DNA from: Candidatus Udaeobacter sp.
Lineage (GTDB): Bacteria > Bacillota > Bacilli > Paenibacillales > Paenibacillaceae
Direction of reading: 5' to 3'
NCBI GenBank assembly: GCA_035491515.1
Contig: DATJKM010000164.1
Coordinates: forward strand, 7,640 to 71,639
DNA length: 64,000 bases
Positions 18,822 to 28,453 of the stretch are shown here, in pieces; position 1 is the first letter of the stretch; every line of letters starts with the position of its first letter. The position numbers and the translations under genes are program-made. The notes under the pieces were generated by a model. The model did not search any database. It had not been told where the DNA came from and worked only from the letters and a program-made list of their open reading frames with translations.

Positions 18822-18958
18822 TTGAACGCCTCCAAATAATGTTTTAGCAGCTTTCGGCATAACGACAGGTTTGTACCACTTAATTGCCCGTTTTGTTCTG
18901 CGTATGATGGCTGGCGGCCGCCTTTTTGAATGTTCACCCAAGCTGAGCTCCTCCTCTC

Positions 18959-20314
18959 TCAAAATAAAGTATTGTCCTTCCGAATGACAGGAAGGCAGCA
19001 GGTAACGACCGTCGAACGTTCCACATCCGCGCCATCTGTCCTGACGTATTTGGCATACCAGTCTCTGTCCGCATCGAGCATGAATTCCTCACTATGGGCA
19101 GCCCACGCATGAAGCATATCCAGCACGCCTGTCATGGCGCCGTATGCACCCGTTGTCATGCATGCATAAAGTCCTCCTGCAAGAAGCCTGCTTTCTCCGG
19201 CAGCTTCTTCAGCAAGCCCTTTAGACTCCGGCAGCTCCAGCGCGAGTTCATACCACGAGAGAAGCTCTTCCGAATGGCCATAGCTGTAGGACATGTAAAG
19301 CGCCTGCCGAAATGGTTCTGCTACAGGGTTCATTGTCAGCCACTCCGTCAGCTGCACGTCAGCTGCCTCCCTTGCATCTCTCCCGCTTGAGCGAAAGGCC
19401 CGTATGTGAACGGCGGGCAGGCTTTCTAGGATGATCGTTTCCTGCTCCTGCTTGCGCGTGACCGGCAAGAACAGCCTCAGCCTAGTCGCCTTGCCAAGGT
19501 GATGAAGATACTCCTCAACGAAACGATGCTCCCCAAGCTTAAAGCTGCTTCTTGGCAGCCATTCCTCCAGCATGCGATTCCAGCCCGCAATAATAACGGA
19601 TGGTTCCTCTGCCGGCGCTTTGCTAACCGCGTATAAGCCGCCTTCAAGCACAGTTAGGAACAGAGCAGGATGGTCAAGCTTTACTTGCGACGTTAATGGC
19701 GCGAGCATAACGTATTCATGAAGGGCGGGATGCGCGGGATCCTCCGGATCCAGATTGTATCCGAATAGACGCAGCTTATCCGCCCTGCAGCCTGCCGTTT
19801 CCAGCATGGCATAGAACAGCGCAAAAGCCTCTTCCTCTAAGCCTTCTCTTGCTGTGGAAGTGTGCCGGTAGGCGATTGCCTGCATCGGCTCTGCCTTAAT
19901 GACCTTTATGTCGGAATAGTGAAGCGATAATTCCCGGTCCTCTGTGTAGCTGTGCTTCTCCAATAAATTGACCGGCTCAAAGCTGTAATAGAAATCGGCC
20001 TTGCGGTACATGCCCGGCGTTAATCCCGTTATCCGCTTAAATACGGTCGCAAACGTGCGGTACGAATCGAAGCCGCTTGCCAAGGCGATATCAAGTACAG
20101 GACGGCTCGAGTGCCGAAGCAAGACGGCTGCCTGGCTAACGCGTCTCTTCCGGATGTAGTCCATGAGCGAATGCCCCGTCAGCGCATAAAACACGCGGTA
20201 CAAGTTAGGAACGGACATATAGGCCGCATACGCAATCCGCTCCAGCTCCAAACGTTCATTAAGATTTACCTCGATATAATGAATGGCGTTCTGCAGGTGT
20301 TTATTCGCGTCCAT
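18959..20314 (-). CDS. AraC family regulator with GyrI-like effector-binding region
   Basis: N-terminal HTH_18 (MSVPNLYRVFYALTGHSLMDYIRKRR); about 300-aa C-terminal region resembles duplicated GyrI-like domains. Confidence 0.75.
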   Translation of the reverse strand: MDANKHLQNAIHYIEVNLNERLELERIAYAAYMSVPNLYRVFYALTGHSLMDYIRKRRVSQAAVLLRHSSRPVLDIALASGFDSYRTFATVFKRITGLTPGMYRKADFYYSFEPVNLLEKHSYTEDRELSLHYSDIKVIKAEPMQAIAYRHTSTAREGLEEEAFALFYAMLETAGCRADKLRLFGYNLDPEDPAHPALHEYVMLAPLTSQVKLDHPALFLTVLEGGLYAVSKAPAEEPSVIIAGWNRMLEEWLPRSSFKLGEHRFVEEYLHHLGKATRLRLFLPVTRKQEQETIILESLPAVHIRAFRSSGRDAREAADVQLTEWLTMNPVAEPFRQALYMSYSYGHSEELLSWYELALELPESKGLAEEAAGESRLLAGGLYACMTTGAYGAMTGVLDMLHAWAAHSEEFMLDADRDWYAKYVRTDGADVERSTVVTCCLPVIRKDNTLF

Positions 20315-20393
20315 ATTCACCCTCTATCCGGTTGGGGTTCTTTTCCTGTATTTATCTTATCAAATTGGTTCGTGGAAAACATGCCGTTTTCTA

Positions 20394-20432
20394 TCAAAAA
20401 AACCGGGTCTCTTATACAAAGAGATCCGGTCA
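20394..20432 (-). terminator. Rho-independent terminator
   Basis: ACCGGGTCTCT / AGAGATCCGGT stem and T8 on minus strand. Confidence 0.7.
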
Positions 20433-20500
20433 CTCGAACACGTTATTTGTTTGTTCAATGAAGCCGAGATACTCACCACGCCTGCATCCGGCGATTCTCC

Positions 20501-22054
20501 CTACCGGAATTGGCAAACGATATGATCTGCCGTGCGGATAGCTGTGGCTACGTTTGTCAGCAGGGGATTTACCGCACCGATGTTAGGCAAGATGCTGTTA
20601 TCGGCGATATATAGTCCGGAAGTGCTGTGGACATGACCATACCGGTTTGTGACCGATGTCTCCGGGTCATCGCCCATTCGGCATGTTCCTGCATCATGGT
20701 TATCGTATCCGGGAGGCCGCATGCAGTTGTCGGCGGGGACGGACGCTTTCATGCCGGCAGCGACTTTCCTCACCGATTCCTGCATAAGGTGAACAACGGC
20801 CAGATCGGTTTTATTATAAGAGAAATTGACCTGAATTTCCGGGACGCCGTACTCATCCTTCCTGTGAGGATCTAGATAGACGAAGTTGTCAAAGCGGGCC
20901 TGAACTTTTCCGTAAATATCGTAGCCGACCTCTGTTCCATATCCTGTTATTTTATACTGATATGGACGATTCTCTGTTTGCGGGATCAACAGTGAAATAT
21001 TTCCTTCCACGATACTTTGCGGTTCCAGGGTTCCTGCGGTTTGCAAATAGGAATGATTAATGAGATAGTGTCCAATCGCTTTCCCCGGGATCGCGGAATT
21101 TAGCAGCAAACGCGGGGTTTCGAATGTGCTTCCCGCCACAACCACCGCTTTTGCCTTAATCATATAAGATTGTTTATTCGGTGATTTGACCTGGACGCCA
21201 GTGACCTTACCTTGTTCTGTCATAATTTGAACGGCTCTGGCATTGACGGCCAGCTCGAACGACCCTAGACGTAAAGCTTCCGCGATGAAATCGATGGCGC
21301 TGAAGTAGTAGTCGTACGTGCCGTGACCAATTGCATCCGGCAGAAGTGTGGATTCAGGAAAGCCGCTTTCCCACAGTCGACGAAGAAGAACTTTATTTAA
21401 CGCCGTGTTGTTTCCACTGACATTCATCATTTGTTCGGCTAGATTGTAGTAGGGTTCCAACTCTTCGTAAGTAATCGGCCAGTTCGCAAACTCAAACGGA
21501 GGGATGCGTGGAGAGGTTAGACCCCAGAACAGAGTTCTTCCACCTAGAGCGTATACTAACCTTGCGCCCGGATATTCGGGCATAGACTCTCCGATAGGGT
21601 TGCTGACTTTCGGGCTCAAATAATACTCAAGCATTTGGGACCAACCACTCAACGTGGGGACGTTCAGTGAATGCGTCGGCAGCAGAAGATTTCCCCTTTC
21701 GATGACCCCGATTCGATTGGCGCTTTTACCGAGCTGCTCGCACAGCCTCCAAAGCGTCGCGCAACCCCCAGCGCCGGTTCCGATAATAAGTACATCGTAA
21801 TCGTTTTCTTCCATTTGCGATAAAGGAGTAAGCGGCACCCAATGATCAAGTCGTTCGTCAGGATATGCGGGAGGACAAAATGTGATTGTTTTTGGAGTGG
21901 CGGGCTGCTCGGGGATGTTGACAACTGTACCGCAAATATTCCGCGTTGAATCGTTAATATGCTTGTTAAGGGAGACGATTGTTTGCAGGGGAACCTTGTA
22001 ATAGTCGGCTATAGTACTTAGGCTATCATTTTTTCCGGCAACACGAATCCTCAC
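20501..22054 (-). CDS. GMC family FAD oxidoreductase with N-terminal LysM-like domain
   Basis: Residues about 1-48 (RVAGKNDSLSTIADYYKVPLQTIVSLNKHI...VVNIP) fit LysM. It also has the DVLIIGTGAGG FAD fold and a C-terminal GTCRMG...LYIADNSILP GMC_oxred_C signature. Confidence 0.75.
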   Translation of the reverse strand: MRIRVAGKNDSLSTIADYYKVPLQTIVSLNKHINDSTRNICGTVVNIPEQPATPKTITFCPPAYPDERLDHWVPLTPLSQMEENDYDVLIIGTGAGGCATLWRLCEQLGKSANRIGVIERGNLLLPTHSLNVPTLSGWSQMLEYYLSPKVSNPIGESMPEYPGARLVYALGGRTLFWGLTSPRIPPFEFANWPITYEELEPYYNLAEQMMNVSGNNTALNKVLLRRLWESGFPESTLLPDAIGHGTYDYYFSAIDFIAEALRLGSFELAVNARAVQIMTEQGKVTGVQVKSPNKQSYMIKAKAVVVAGSTFETPRLLLNSAIPGKAIGHYLINHSYLQTAGTLEPQSIVEGNISLLIPQTENRPYQYKITGYGTEVGYDIYGKVQARFDNFVYLDPHRKDEYGVPEIQVNFSYNKTDLAVVHLMQESVRKVAAGMKASVPADNCMRPPGYDNHDAGTCRMGDDPETSVTNRYGHVHSTSGLYIADNSILPNIGAVNPLLTNVATAIRTADHIVCQFR

Positions 22055-22194
22055 TTATTACCACTTCCTTCATAGTCACGGTAAATGGTTTGCTTCCATA
22101 TCATTATTCATGAATGTCAATCATTATACGTTTCTCCTACCAAGACGCATCTATGATAAACTAGTAACTAAACGATAGAACCGCAAGGAGATAG

Positions 22195-22959
22195 ATGATG
22201 ATTAAGCTGGTATCCTGGAATGTAAATGGTTTAAGAGCATGCGTAACGAAGGGCTTTAACGACTACTTCAAAGAAACGGACGCGGATATCTTTTGCCTGC
22301 AAGAGACGAAGCTGCAAGAAGGACAAATTAGTATGGAGTTGGGCGGGGAGTATTCGCAGTATTGGAATTATGCGCTTAAGAAGGGCTACTCCGGAACGGC
22401 TGTTTTCACGAGAATTAAGCCCCTTTCGGTACACTACGGCCTGGAGGAGGATTCAGAGCCCGAGGGACGTGTCATCACGCTCGAGTTTGACGGCTTCTAT
22501 CTCGTTAACGTCTATACGCCAAATGCAAAGCGCGATCTGTCGAGATTGGACTATAGATTGGAATGGGAGAACCGGTTCCTGAGCTATCTGCAGCAGCTGG
22601 ATGCCGTGAAGCCCGTTATCGTTTGCGGCGATCTGAATGTAGCCCATCAGGAGATCGATCTGAAGCATCCGAAGCCGAATATGGGAAATTCCGGATTTAC
22701 GCTGGAGGAGCGAGGCAAGATGACGGAGCTGCTGGCGGGCGGCTTCCTCGATACGTTCAGGCATTTTTACCCGGACCGCGCAGATGTGTACAGCTGGTGG
22801 TCTTATATGCCGAAAGTGCGCGAACGGAACGTGGGGTGGCGGATCGATTATTTCCTAGCCTCATCGAGGCTTGGCCCGCTGCTTATCGACGCGCAAATAG
22901 ACACGCATATATTAGGCAGCGACCATTGTCCGGTCCTGCTGCATATCGAGGATATCTAA
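22195..22959 (+). CDS. exoA: exodeoxyribonuclease III
   Basis: Collinear similarity to B. subtilis ExoA (ISWNVNGLRA...CLQETK...GDLNVAHQEIDLK...WRIDYF...GSDHCPV). Confidence 0.9.
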   Translation: MMIKLVSWNVNGLRACVTKGFNDYFKETDADIFCLQETKLQEGQISMELGGEYSQYWNYALKKGYSGTAVFTRIKPLSVHYGLEEDSEPEGRVITLEFDGFYLVNVYTPNAKRDLSRLDYRLEWENRFLSYLQQLDAVKPVIVCGDLNVAHQEIDLKHPKPNMGNSGFTLEERGKMTELLAGGFLDTFRHFYPDRADVYSWWSYMPKVRERNVGWRIDYFLASSRLGPLLIDAQIDTHILGSDHCPVLLHIEDI

Positions 22960-22961
22960 CA

Positions 22962-23012
22962 AAAAATAGGCGGACACCACTCATGGATGAGTAGTGTCCG
23001 CCTATTCGTCTG
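22962..23012. terminator. bidirectional terminator between exoA and murI
   Basis: ATAGGCGGACAC / GTGTCCGCCTAT stem flanked by A-run and T-rich tail. Confidence 0.7.
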
Positions 23013-23013
23013 T

Positions 23014-23811
23014 TTAAGTGGGCTGCGTCTCCGTCAAGGTGTCCTTCTCACGTAAATAGGCGAGTGCCGACTGCATTTTGTCGATATAGGCAGGCTCATT
23101 GCCCGTACACATGAATTGAACGTTCCCGCTTCCGCCGCCCCCGGCGATGCCATAGCGGCTGAGCAATGCGGATAACCGCTTAACCGTTCCGACGTTGCCG
23201 TCAACAATCGCAATATGGGCCGGAAGCAGCTCTCTCAAAATGTCCTTGTAGAACGGGTAATGCGTACAGCCGAGCACGATTATGCCGTAATCATTCAGAT
23301 CATAGCCCGCGAGCTTTGCCCGAAAATATTCATTCATAATTTGCTTATCGAATTGCAGCGATTCGCAATAATGCACAAGCTCCGGCAGCGGGAGCGAATC
23401 CACGATTCCCATATCGTCCACGCGGGATACGAGCGCATAATATTTAGGCAGCTGAAGCGTTAATGGCGTCGCGAAGACGAGTACTCTTTTGCCCGTTGCG
23501 CTGTTCATTTCGACCGCCGGCTTAACTGCAGGCTCCATGCCGACAATCGGCAGTGAATAGCGTTCTCTCAGCTCGGTTATCGCAATACTGGTCGCCGTAT
23601 TGCAGGCTACAACTAACGCATCAATGCCCTCGTTCATCATCGTTCCAACCGCTTCCAAAATATACCCTTTCACGTCCTCCTTCGACTTCGTGCCATAGGG
23701 AACATGAAGCGTATCCGCCATATAAAGAAAATCCTTGTCAGGGAGCCTTCGGAGCGCTTCCGCAAGCACGGTAAGCCCGCCAATCCCTGAATCAAAAAAA
23801 CCAATTCGCAT
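23014..23811 (-). CDS. murI: glutamate racemase
   Basis: IGFFDSGIGGLTV, VVACNTAT and LGCTHYP catalytic-Cys motifs. Confidence 0.9.
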   Translation of the reverse strand: MRIGFFDSGIGGLTVLAEALRRLPDKDFLYMADTLHVPYGTKSKEDVKGYILEAVGTMMNEGIDALVVACNTATSIAITELRERYSLPIVGMEPAVKPAVEMNSATGKRVLVFATPLTLQLPKYYALVSRVDDMGIVDSLPLPELVHYCESLQFDKQIMNEYFRAKLAGYDLNDYGIIVLGCTHYPFYKDILRELLPAHIAIVDGNVGTVKRLSALLSRYGIAGGGGSGNVQFMCTGNEPAYIDKMQSALAYLREKDTLTETQPT

Positions 23812-24142
23812 GTCTCATCGTTTCCTTACGTTTATGGAATAGAACATTCATATTGTGCTCTTTCCATATTAACTCATTGCCTCCTTCCTATAAAGCTTAT
23901 AATTGTATCCAGGCCAAGAGCTGACAAGAAAAGAAGGTGCCTCTAAAAATAAGTAAGCTCGCCTAAGAGATAGCTCCCTTTTCAGAAAACTATGATTTTT
24001 GCTGCGGTCTCTCTTTGTTTTTAATGTATGAAAAGCCCACAACTGCCTTTCCCAAACAAACATATACCGATTGGCATTCACTACAACTTCTTCCCTATGG
24101 AATAAGCGATGTTCGATCATACTTTCCGGTTACGTACGATTT

Positions 24143-24332
24143 GATTTAGATTCATTTCGTCGAACTAATCCGCAGCAGGCTTGTGAAAATCACGATTTAA
24201 GTTCATTTCGTCGAACTAATCGCCGCTTTTTAGGGATGCAAGAAAAAATAGCTGGATTAGTTTCACGAAATCGAACTATGAGGTCGATTCCACCTGACTG
24301 CGTTCATTTAAGTTGACGGAATGCAACTAAAT
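24143..24332. repeat. array of four 28-nt hairpin-like repeats (GATTTARRTTCATTTCGTCGAACTAATC family)
   Basis: Copies at 24143-24170 and 24194-24221 (direct, near-identical), 24254-24280 (inverted) and 24302-24332 (degenerate). Confidence 0.65.
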
Positions 24333-24342
24333 TGAAGGAGCA

Positions 24343-24432
24343 AACCTGATTTGTACAAATCAAAGGCACCAGCATGATTTGCGCATTTCGAAGTAACCAA
24401 CCTGATTTGTAAAGACCGAAGGCTCCAGCATG
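24343..24432. repeat. two direct copies of a 34-nt repeat (AACCTGATTTGTA..AAGGC.CCAGCATG)
   Basis: 24343-24376 and 24399-24432 read directly. Confidence 0.6.
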
Positions 24433-24481
24433 GACCACTTCCTTAGCGTTGTTTCGGCTTTCACTTCTTTCATCTTTAATC

Positions 24482-24520
24482 AAAAAGAACGCCCCTCGTC
24501 CTTGACGGACAAGAGGCGTT
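24482..24520 (-). terminator. Rho-independent terminator after the LTA-synthase-family gene
   Basis: AACGCCCCTCGTCC / GGACAAGAGGCGTT stem with T-run on minus strand. Confidence 0.7.
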
Positions 24521-24527
24521 TCCCATT

Positions 24528-26414
24528 CTATGGCGCCCGCTTCGGCAGCAACCTTACATAATCGTCCGAAAGCTTCATGAGCTCCAATATATAATCGTAA
24601 TCGCCGCGGTATTGGCTGAAATCGGCCACCGGCTCCTTCGTTCTAATATCGGTAGCGGTGCCGTCCTCGAAGCCTTTGCCCGGCACGAATAGAATGTCAT
24701 TGTTGAAAAATGAGCCGGTCGGGAGATAATACCTCATACCCACCACATTCCGGGTAATATTAAGCAGGTCGTGGCCAAATGCAGTATATCCCTTATCCTT
24801 CAGCGATAGGCCCAACAGGTTGGAAATCGTCGGCATAATATCCATTTGACCGCCTACCTGCTCAACGACCTTCCCCTCAGCGCCCGGTACATGCACAAAC
24901 AGTGGAATGTTGAAACGGCTGATCTGCCCGTCATACTTAATGCCGAGCTGCTCGCTGACCCATGCCGGATCGTTATCCTTCGTCTGCAGGCCGGAGTGGT
25001 CACCGTACGCGACCAGCACTGTATTTTCCCATAAGCCGCTTGCTTTGAGCCCTTCAATAAAAGTTCCGAGCGCATAATCCGTATAATTAAGCGCCGTTAA
25101 ATAGTCCCCGAGCTGGGTACCTTGGAGTGAATCCGGCATCGTGATCCGCTGAAGCTTGTTCGGCACCTTGAACGGGTGATGGCTTGAGGCGGTCACGAGC
25201 TGCGCATAAAACGGCTTATTTTGTTTAGCCAGCGCCTGAAGATTTTCAAGCCCAACCCTGTACAGCTCCTCATCTGAAGCGCCGAAGGAATTGAAATGAT
25301 CATTTTTAAAAACAGGCTTATCATAGTATGCCGAAAATCCTAATGCAGGATACATCCGGTTACGGTCCCAGAACGTCACATCGTTAATATGGAACGTATT
25401 TGACTCATAGCCTTCCTCCCCCAGAAGTCTGGGCAGGCTCGGCAGGACTCTGTCGCCGTAGCCTGTAGACATGGCGATTACGCCCGTCGGATAGATAGAG
25501 GTGTTAGACATGAATTCGGCATCCGATGTGTTGCCTTGCCCGATTTGCTGAAAGAAATGCGGAAAGTAGAAGCTCTCCTTAGCCAGCTGATTAAGCACAG
25601 GAGTGACCGTCTGTCCATCGACCGAGAGGTTGATCGCAAAATTTTGGAACGCCTCCAGCTGAACGACGATGACGTTTTTCCCTTTGGCGAAGCCAAAGTA
25701 ATTAGGCGTGCCTGCGGGCAGCGTATCCCCCTCTTGGTCAAAATAAGAGGCCTGAAGCGCATCCGCGCTGGCTGCTGTCTCTTCCACGCTTCCATTGCGG
25801 AGCGCGGTCTGCTCCTTATTCGCCTTTATTGCCGCTGCCACCTGATAATCAAGAAAGCCCAAGCTCTCGGCTTGCACGATCTCATTCGGAATGGCGATGC
25901 CAGACCAAATGTATCCGCCTGATACCGTTACGCACAAAATAGCTGCTATACCTATGAACGACGGCTTGGCGATCCGCTTGCGTCCCTCGCTGCGAATGCC
26001 TTTAATGCGGTTAACGACAGATAGAACAGCTAACGCTGCAACATCTGCAAAGAACAAATAATACAAAGGTTGTATGATCGAGTCTACGCTCGTCCGAATC
26101 TGCAGCACCTGATCAAGTCCATGCAGCGCGGTGTAGGTCGGCACCGTGCCATAGTAGCTAAAATATACCGTAGATGCGAACAGCAGCAGCGAGAGCAGCG
26201 CGTTCAGCGTCCCGAACACAGCCCCCTTCCACTTCGCTGAGGTAATCATCTCCATCAGCAATAGCAAGCTAAGCACTGAGGCCGCATCCGTCAGCAGCCG
26301 ATCCGCCTGAATGCCTTGAAAGACGAAATGGCGAAACAAGATCATTTTCAGCATGATGGCGATAAATATAAGAATAAACGGTGATCTGCCGTAACGTTTA
26401 GCTGTAAACTCCAA
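24528..26414 (-). CDS. LTA synthase family protein (sulfatase/phosphoglycerol transferase fold, 5 TM N-terminus)
   Basis: Polytopic N-terminus plus extracellular sulfatase domain (NVIVVQLEAFQ...GNTSDAEF...YGDH). Confidence 0.8.
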   Translation of the reverse strand: MEFTAKRYGRSPFILIFIAIMLKMILFRHFVFQGIQADRLLTDAASVLSLLLLMEMITSAKWKGAVFGTLNALLSLLLFASTVYFSYYGTVPTYTALHGLDQVLQIRTSVDSIIQPLYYLFFADVAALAVLSVVNRIKGIRSEGRKRIAKPSFIGIAAILCVTVSGGYIWSGIAIPNEIVQAESLGFLDYQVAAAIKANKEQTALRNGSVEETAASADALQASYFDQEGDTLPAGTPNYFGFAKGKNVIVVQLEAFQNFAINLSVDGQTVTPVLNQLAKESFYFPHFFQQIGQGNTSDAEFMSNTSIYPTGVIAMSTGYGDRVLPSLPRLLGEEGYESNTFHINDVTFWDRNRMYPALGFSAYYDKPVFKNDHFNSFGASDEELYRVGLENLQALAKQNKPFYAQLVTASSHHPFKVPNKLQRITMPDSLQGTQLGDYLTALNYTDYALGTFIEGLKASGLWENTVLVAYGDHSGLQTKDNDPAWVSEQLGIKYDGQISRFNIPLFVHVPGAEGKVVEQVGGQMDIMPTISNLLGLSLKDKGYTAFGHDLLNITRNVVGMRYYLPTGSFFNNDILFVPGKGFEDGTATDIRTKEPVADFSQYRGDYDYILELMKLSDDYVRLLPKRAP

Positions 26415-26454
26415 GCTCTTTCACTCCTTAAAAATTAAAGAAAGTAATTAAATA

Positions 26455-26480
26455 GAAAAAACCGTCATGAAATGACGGCT
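26455..26480 (-). terminator. hairpin downstream of the ABC operon
   Basis: CCGTCAT / ATGACGG stem and T-run on minus strand. Confidence 0.45.
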
Positions 26481-26596
26481 AATCTAAACACTAATATTAA
26501 GATATTATTAAGTCAAATGCAACGGCCAATAAGTAGGAAACGTTTAATCCCGAACGATTTTCTTTATACGTTAAACTGAGAATGTTTTTAACGGCG

Positions 26597-27418
26597 TTAT
26601 CCTTTGACGCCCGAGCTGCTTACACCTTCCATATACTGCCGCTGGAAGATGAAGAAGAACACCAATATCGGCAAGGTGCTGAGTACGACGCCAGCCATGA
26701 TGAGCGGCGTATTCTCGAAAAACAGATCTTTAACGCTGTTCAGACCGACGACCAGCACGTAATACGCGGGATCCGTCACCATCGTACTTGGAATCAGGTA
26801 GCTGTTCCACGTACCTGCGAAAGCTAGAATCGACATCGTAATTAGTGAAGACTTGGCAAGCGGATAGACGATGCGCCAGAAAGAACCCATCTTGGTCAAA
26901 CCGTCAAGCCGGGCCGCCTCGATAAAATCCTCCGGCACGCTGACGAAAAACTGGCGCAGCATAAAGATGTAGAGGCATTGATACAGAAACGGAACGGTAA
27001 GTGACGCATACGAATTGAGCCAGCCGAGCTGCGCCACATTGACGAATACCGGGATGAGAATCATGTGGTAAGGCACCATCATGGTCGCTACCACGATCCA
27101 GTAAATCCACTTCTTCCCTGCAAAATCAAGCTTCGCCAGCGCGAAGGCGGCCATCGGGTTGATGATCAGGTTGCCCAAAATGACCAGTGCGGTCATGACG
27201 ATCGTGTTCACCAGCCATTTGGGCACGTTATAGGCATCGTTGGTGAAAAACATGCGGTAATTGTCGAACGTCCAATTTGAAAAGCTAGTAAATTTATTAA
27301 CGTCTTCCATCATCACGAACGATGTGTATAAGGTATACAGAAAGGGCAGCGCAAATAAAAAGCCCAGCAAGGTCAGCAGCGTATAATTTCCGAATAGAAC
27401 TATTTTTTTATTGTTCAT
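26597..27418 (-). CDS. carbohydrate ABC transporter permease
   Basis: EAARLDGLTKMGSFWRIVYPLAK EAA loop. Confidence 0.9.
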   Translation of the reverse strand: MNNKKIVLFGNYTLLTLLGFLFALPFLYTLYTSFVMMEDVNKFTSFSNWTFDNYRMFFTNDAYNVPKWLVNTIVMTALVILGNLIINPMAAFALAKLDFAGKKWIYWIVVATMMVPYHMILIPVFVNVAQLGWLNSYASLTVPFLYQCLYIFMLRQFFVSVPEDFIEAARLDGLTKMGSFWRIVYPLAKSSLITMSILAFAGTWNSYLIPSTMVTDPAYYVLVVGLNSVKDLFFENTPLIMAGVVLSTLPILVFFFIFQRQYMEGVSSSGVKG

Positions 27419-27424
27419 CGTCGG

Positions 27425-28345
27425 TCACCCCTTCTCATCCAGCAGTTTCTTCTGAAGCAGCGTAATCGTAATAATGATGAAGAAGAACAGGACAACTGCG
27501 GCGCTGCCGTAGCCGATATTCATATAGCGGATGCCGTTCTGGTAAAAATAAGTGACGACGGTGTTCGTGGCACCGGCCGGCGAACCGAGCGCGCCATACC
27601 GTGAAATGGCCGCGATTTGGTCGTAGATTTGGAAGCTGAGAATCGTAGCTACGGATACGATGAAGAACGTGATCGGCTTCAGAAACGGAACGGTAATGAA
27701 GCGGAACTGCCCCCACTTCGTAGCGCCGTCTATTTCGCCCGCTTCGTACAGGTCCTTCGGCACCTCCTGAAGGCCCGACAGGTAAACGATCATGCTGAAG
27801 CCGCATTGCTGAAAGATGAATAGAATCGCTACAAACAGCAGCGCGTAGCGCGTATCGGCAAACCAGGTCACATCTCCGAAGCCGAATATAGAGAAGAAAT
27901 CGGTTACGAACGTGCCCTGCTTAAACAGCATCATGAACACTGTGGTGACCGCAATCTGGGAAGTGATATACGGAATAAAAAAGATCGTACGGAACATGCC
28001 TTTACCTTTGAGCTTCTGATTAACCAGAATGGCCATGAGCAGGCCGATGAACGTCTGCAGAGGAACAGCAATCAGGACGATCTCAAGTGAATGCAGCACC
28101 GCGCGGTAAAATTCCCGGTCGTTCAGAATTGTGACATAGTTCTGGAGCCCAATGAATTTGGCTTGATCCAATGCCGCGAAGTTCGCATCCTGAAAGCTTC
28201 GGATAAACGACTGCAGAAACGGGTAGAAGAACCACCAAACCCATAGGAGCAGGAACGGAAGCGAAAACAGCCAACCGACTCCAAAATCAGAATCTGCAAA
28301 GGAGCGTAACCAGGATTGCTTCTTCGTTTTTTGGTATATAGTCAT
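27425..28345 (-). CDS. sugar ABC transporter permease
   Basis: EAGEIDGATKWGQFRFITVPFLKP; internal ATG chosen (MTIYQKTKK). Confidence 0.85.
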   Translation of the reverse strand: MTIYQKTKKQSWLRSFADSDFGVGWLFSLPFLLLWVWWFFYPFLQSFIRSFQDANFAALDQAKFIGLQNYVTILNDREFYRAVLHSLEIVLIAVPLQTFIGLLMAILVNQKLKGKGMFRTIFFIPYITSQIAVTTVFMMLFKQGTFVTDFFSIFGFGDVTWFADTRYALLFVAILFIFQQCGFSMIVYLSGLQEVPKDLYEAGEIDGATKWGQFRFITVPFLKPITFFIVSVATILSFQIYDQIAAISRYGALGSPAGATNTVVTYFYQNGIRYMNIGYGSAAVVLFFFIIITITLLQKKLLDEKG

Positions 28346-28453
28346 AATAAACCCCCATCTTGTCGTGGAATAATGTTCGTGTAAGGAAAGGTTCCCGCTC
28401 CGCAAGCTGGAACGGGAACCTGAGGGAGAACGTTTAATCAGAGGTAAGTGCGA

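Noticed and set aside
23869-24120. 83-aa ORF upstream of murI
   Set aside because: It has no RBS and no recognisable domain, and its composition is typical of AT-rich spacer. The region more likely holds the murI promoter/leader.
24143-24332. Possible CRISPR array (28-nt repeats with 20-30-nt unique linkers); the same thought applied to 6279-6412, 38648-38840 and 48752-49046
   Set aside because: The repeats are degenerate, and one copy is inverted. There are only 3-4 units, and in the 48.8-kb case the linkers are repeated too (a true tandem repeat). No cas genes or leader are in the window.
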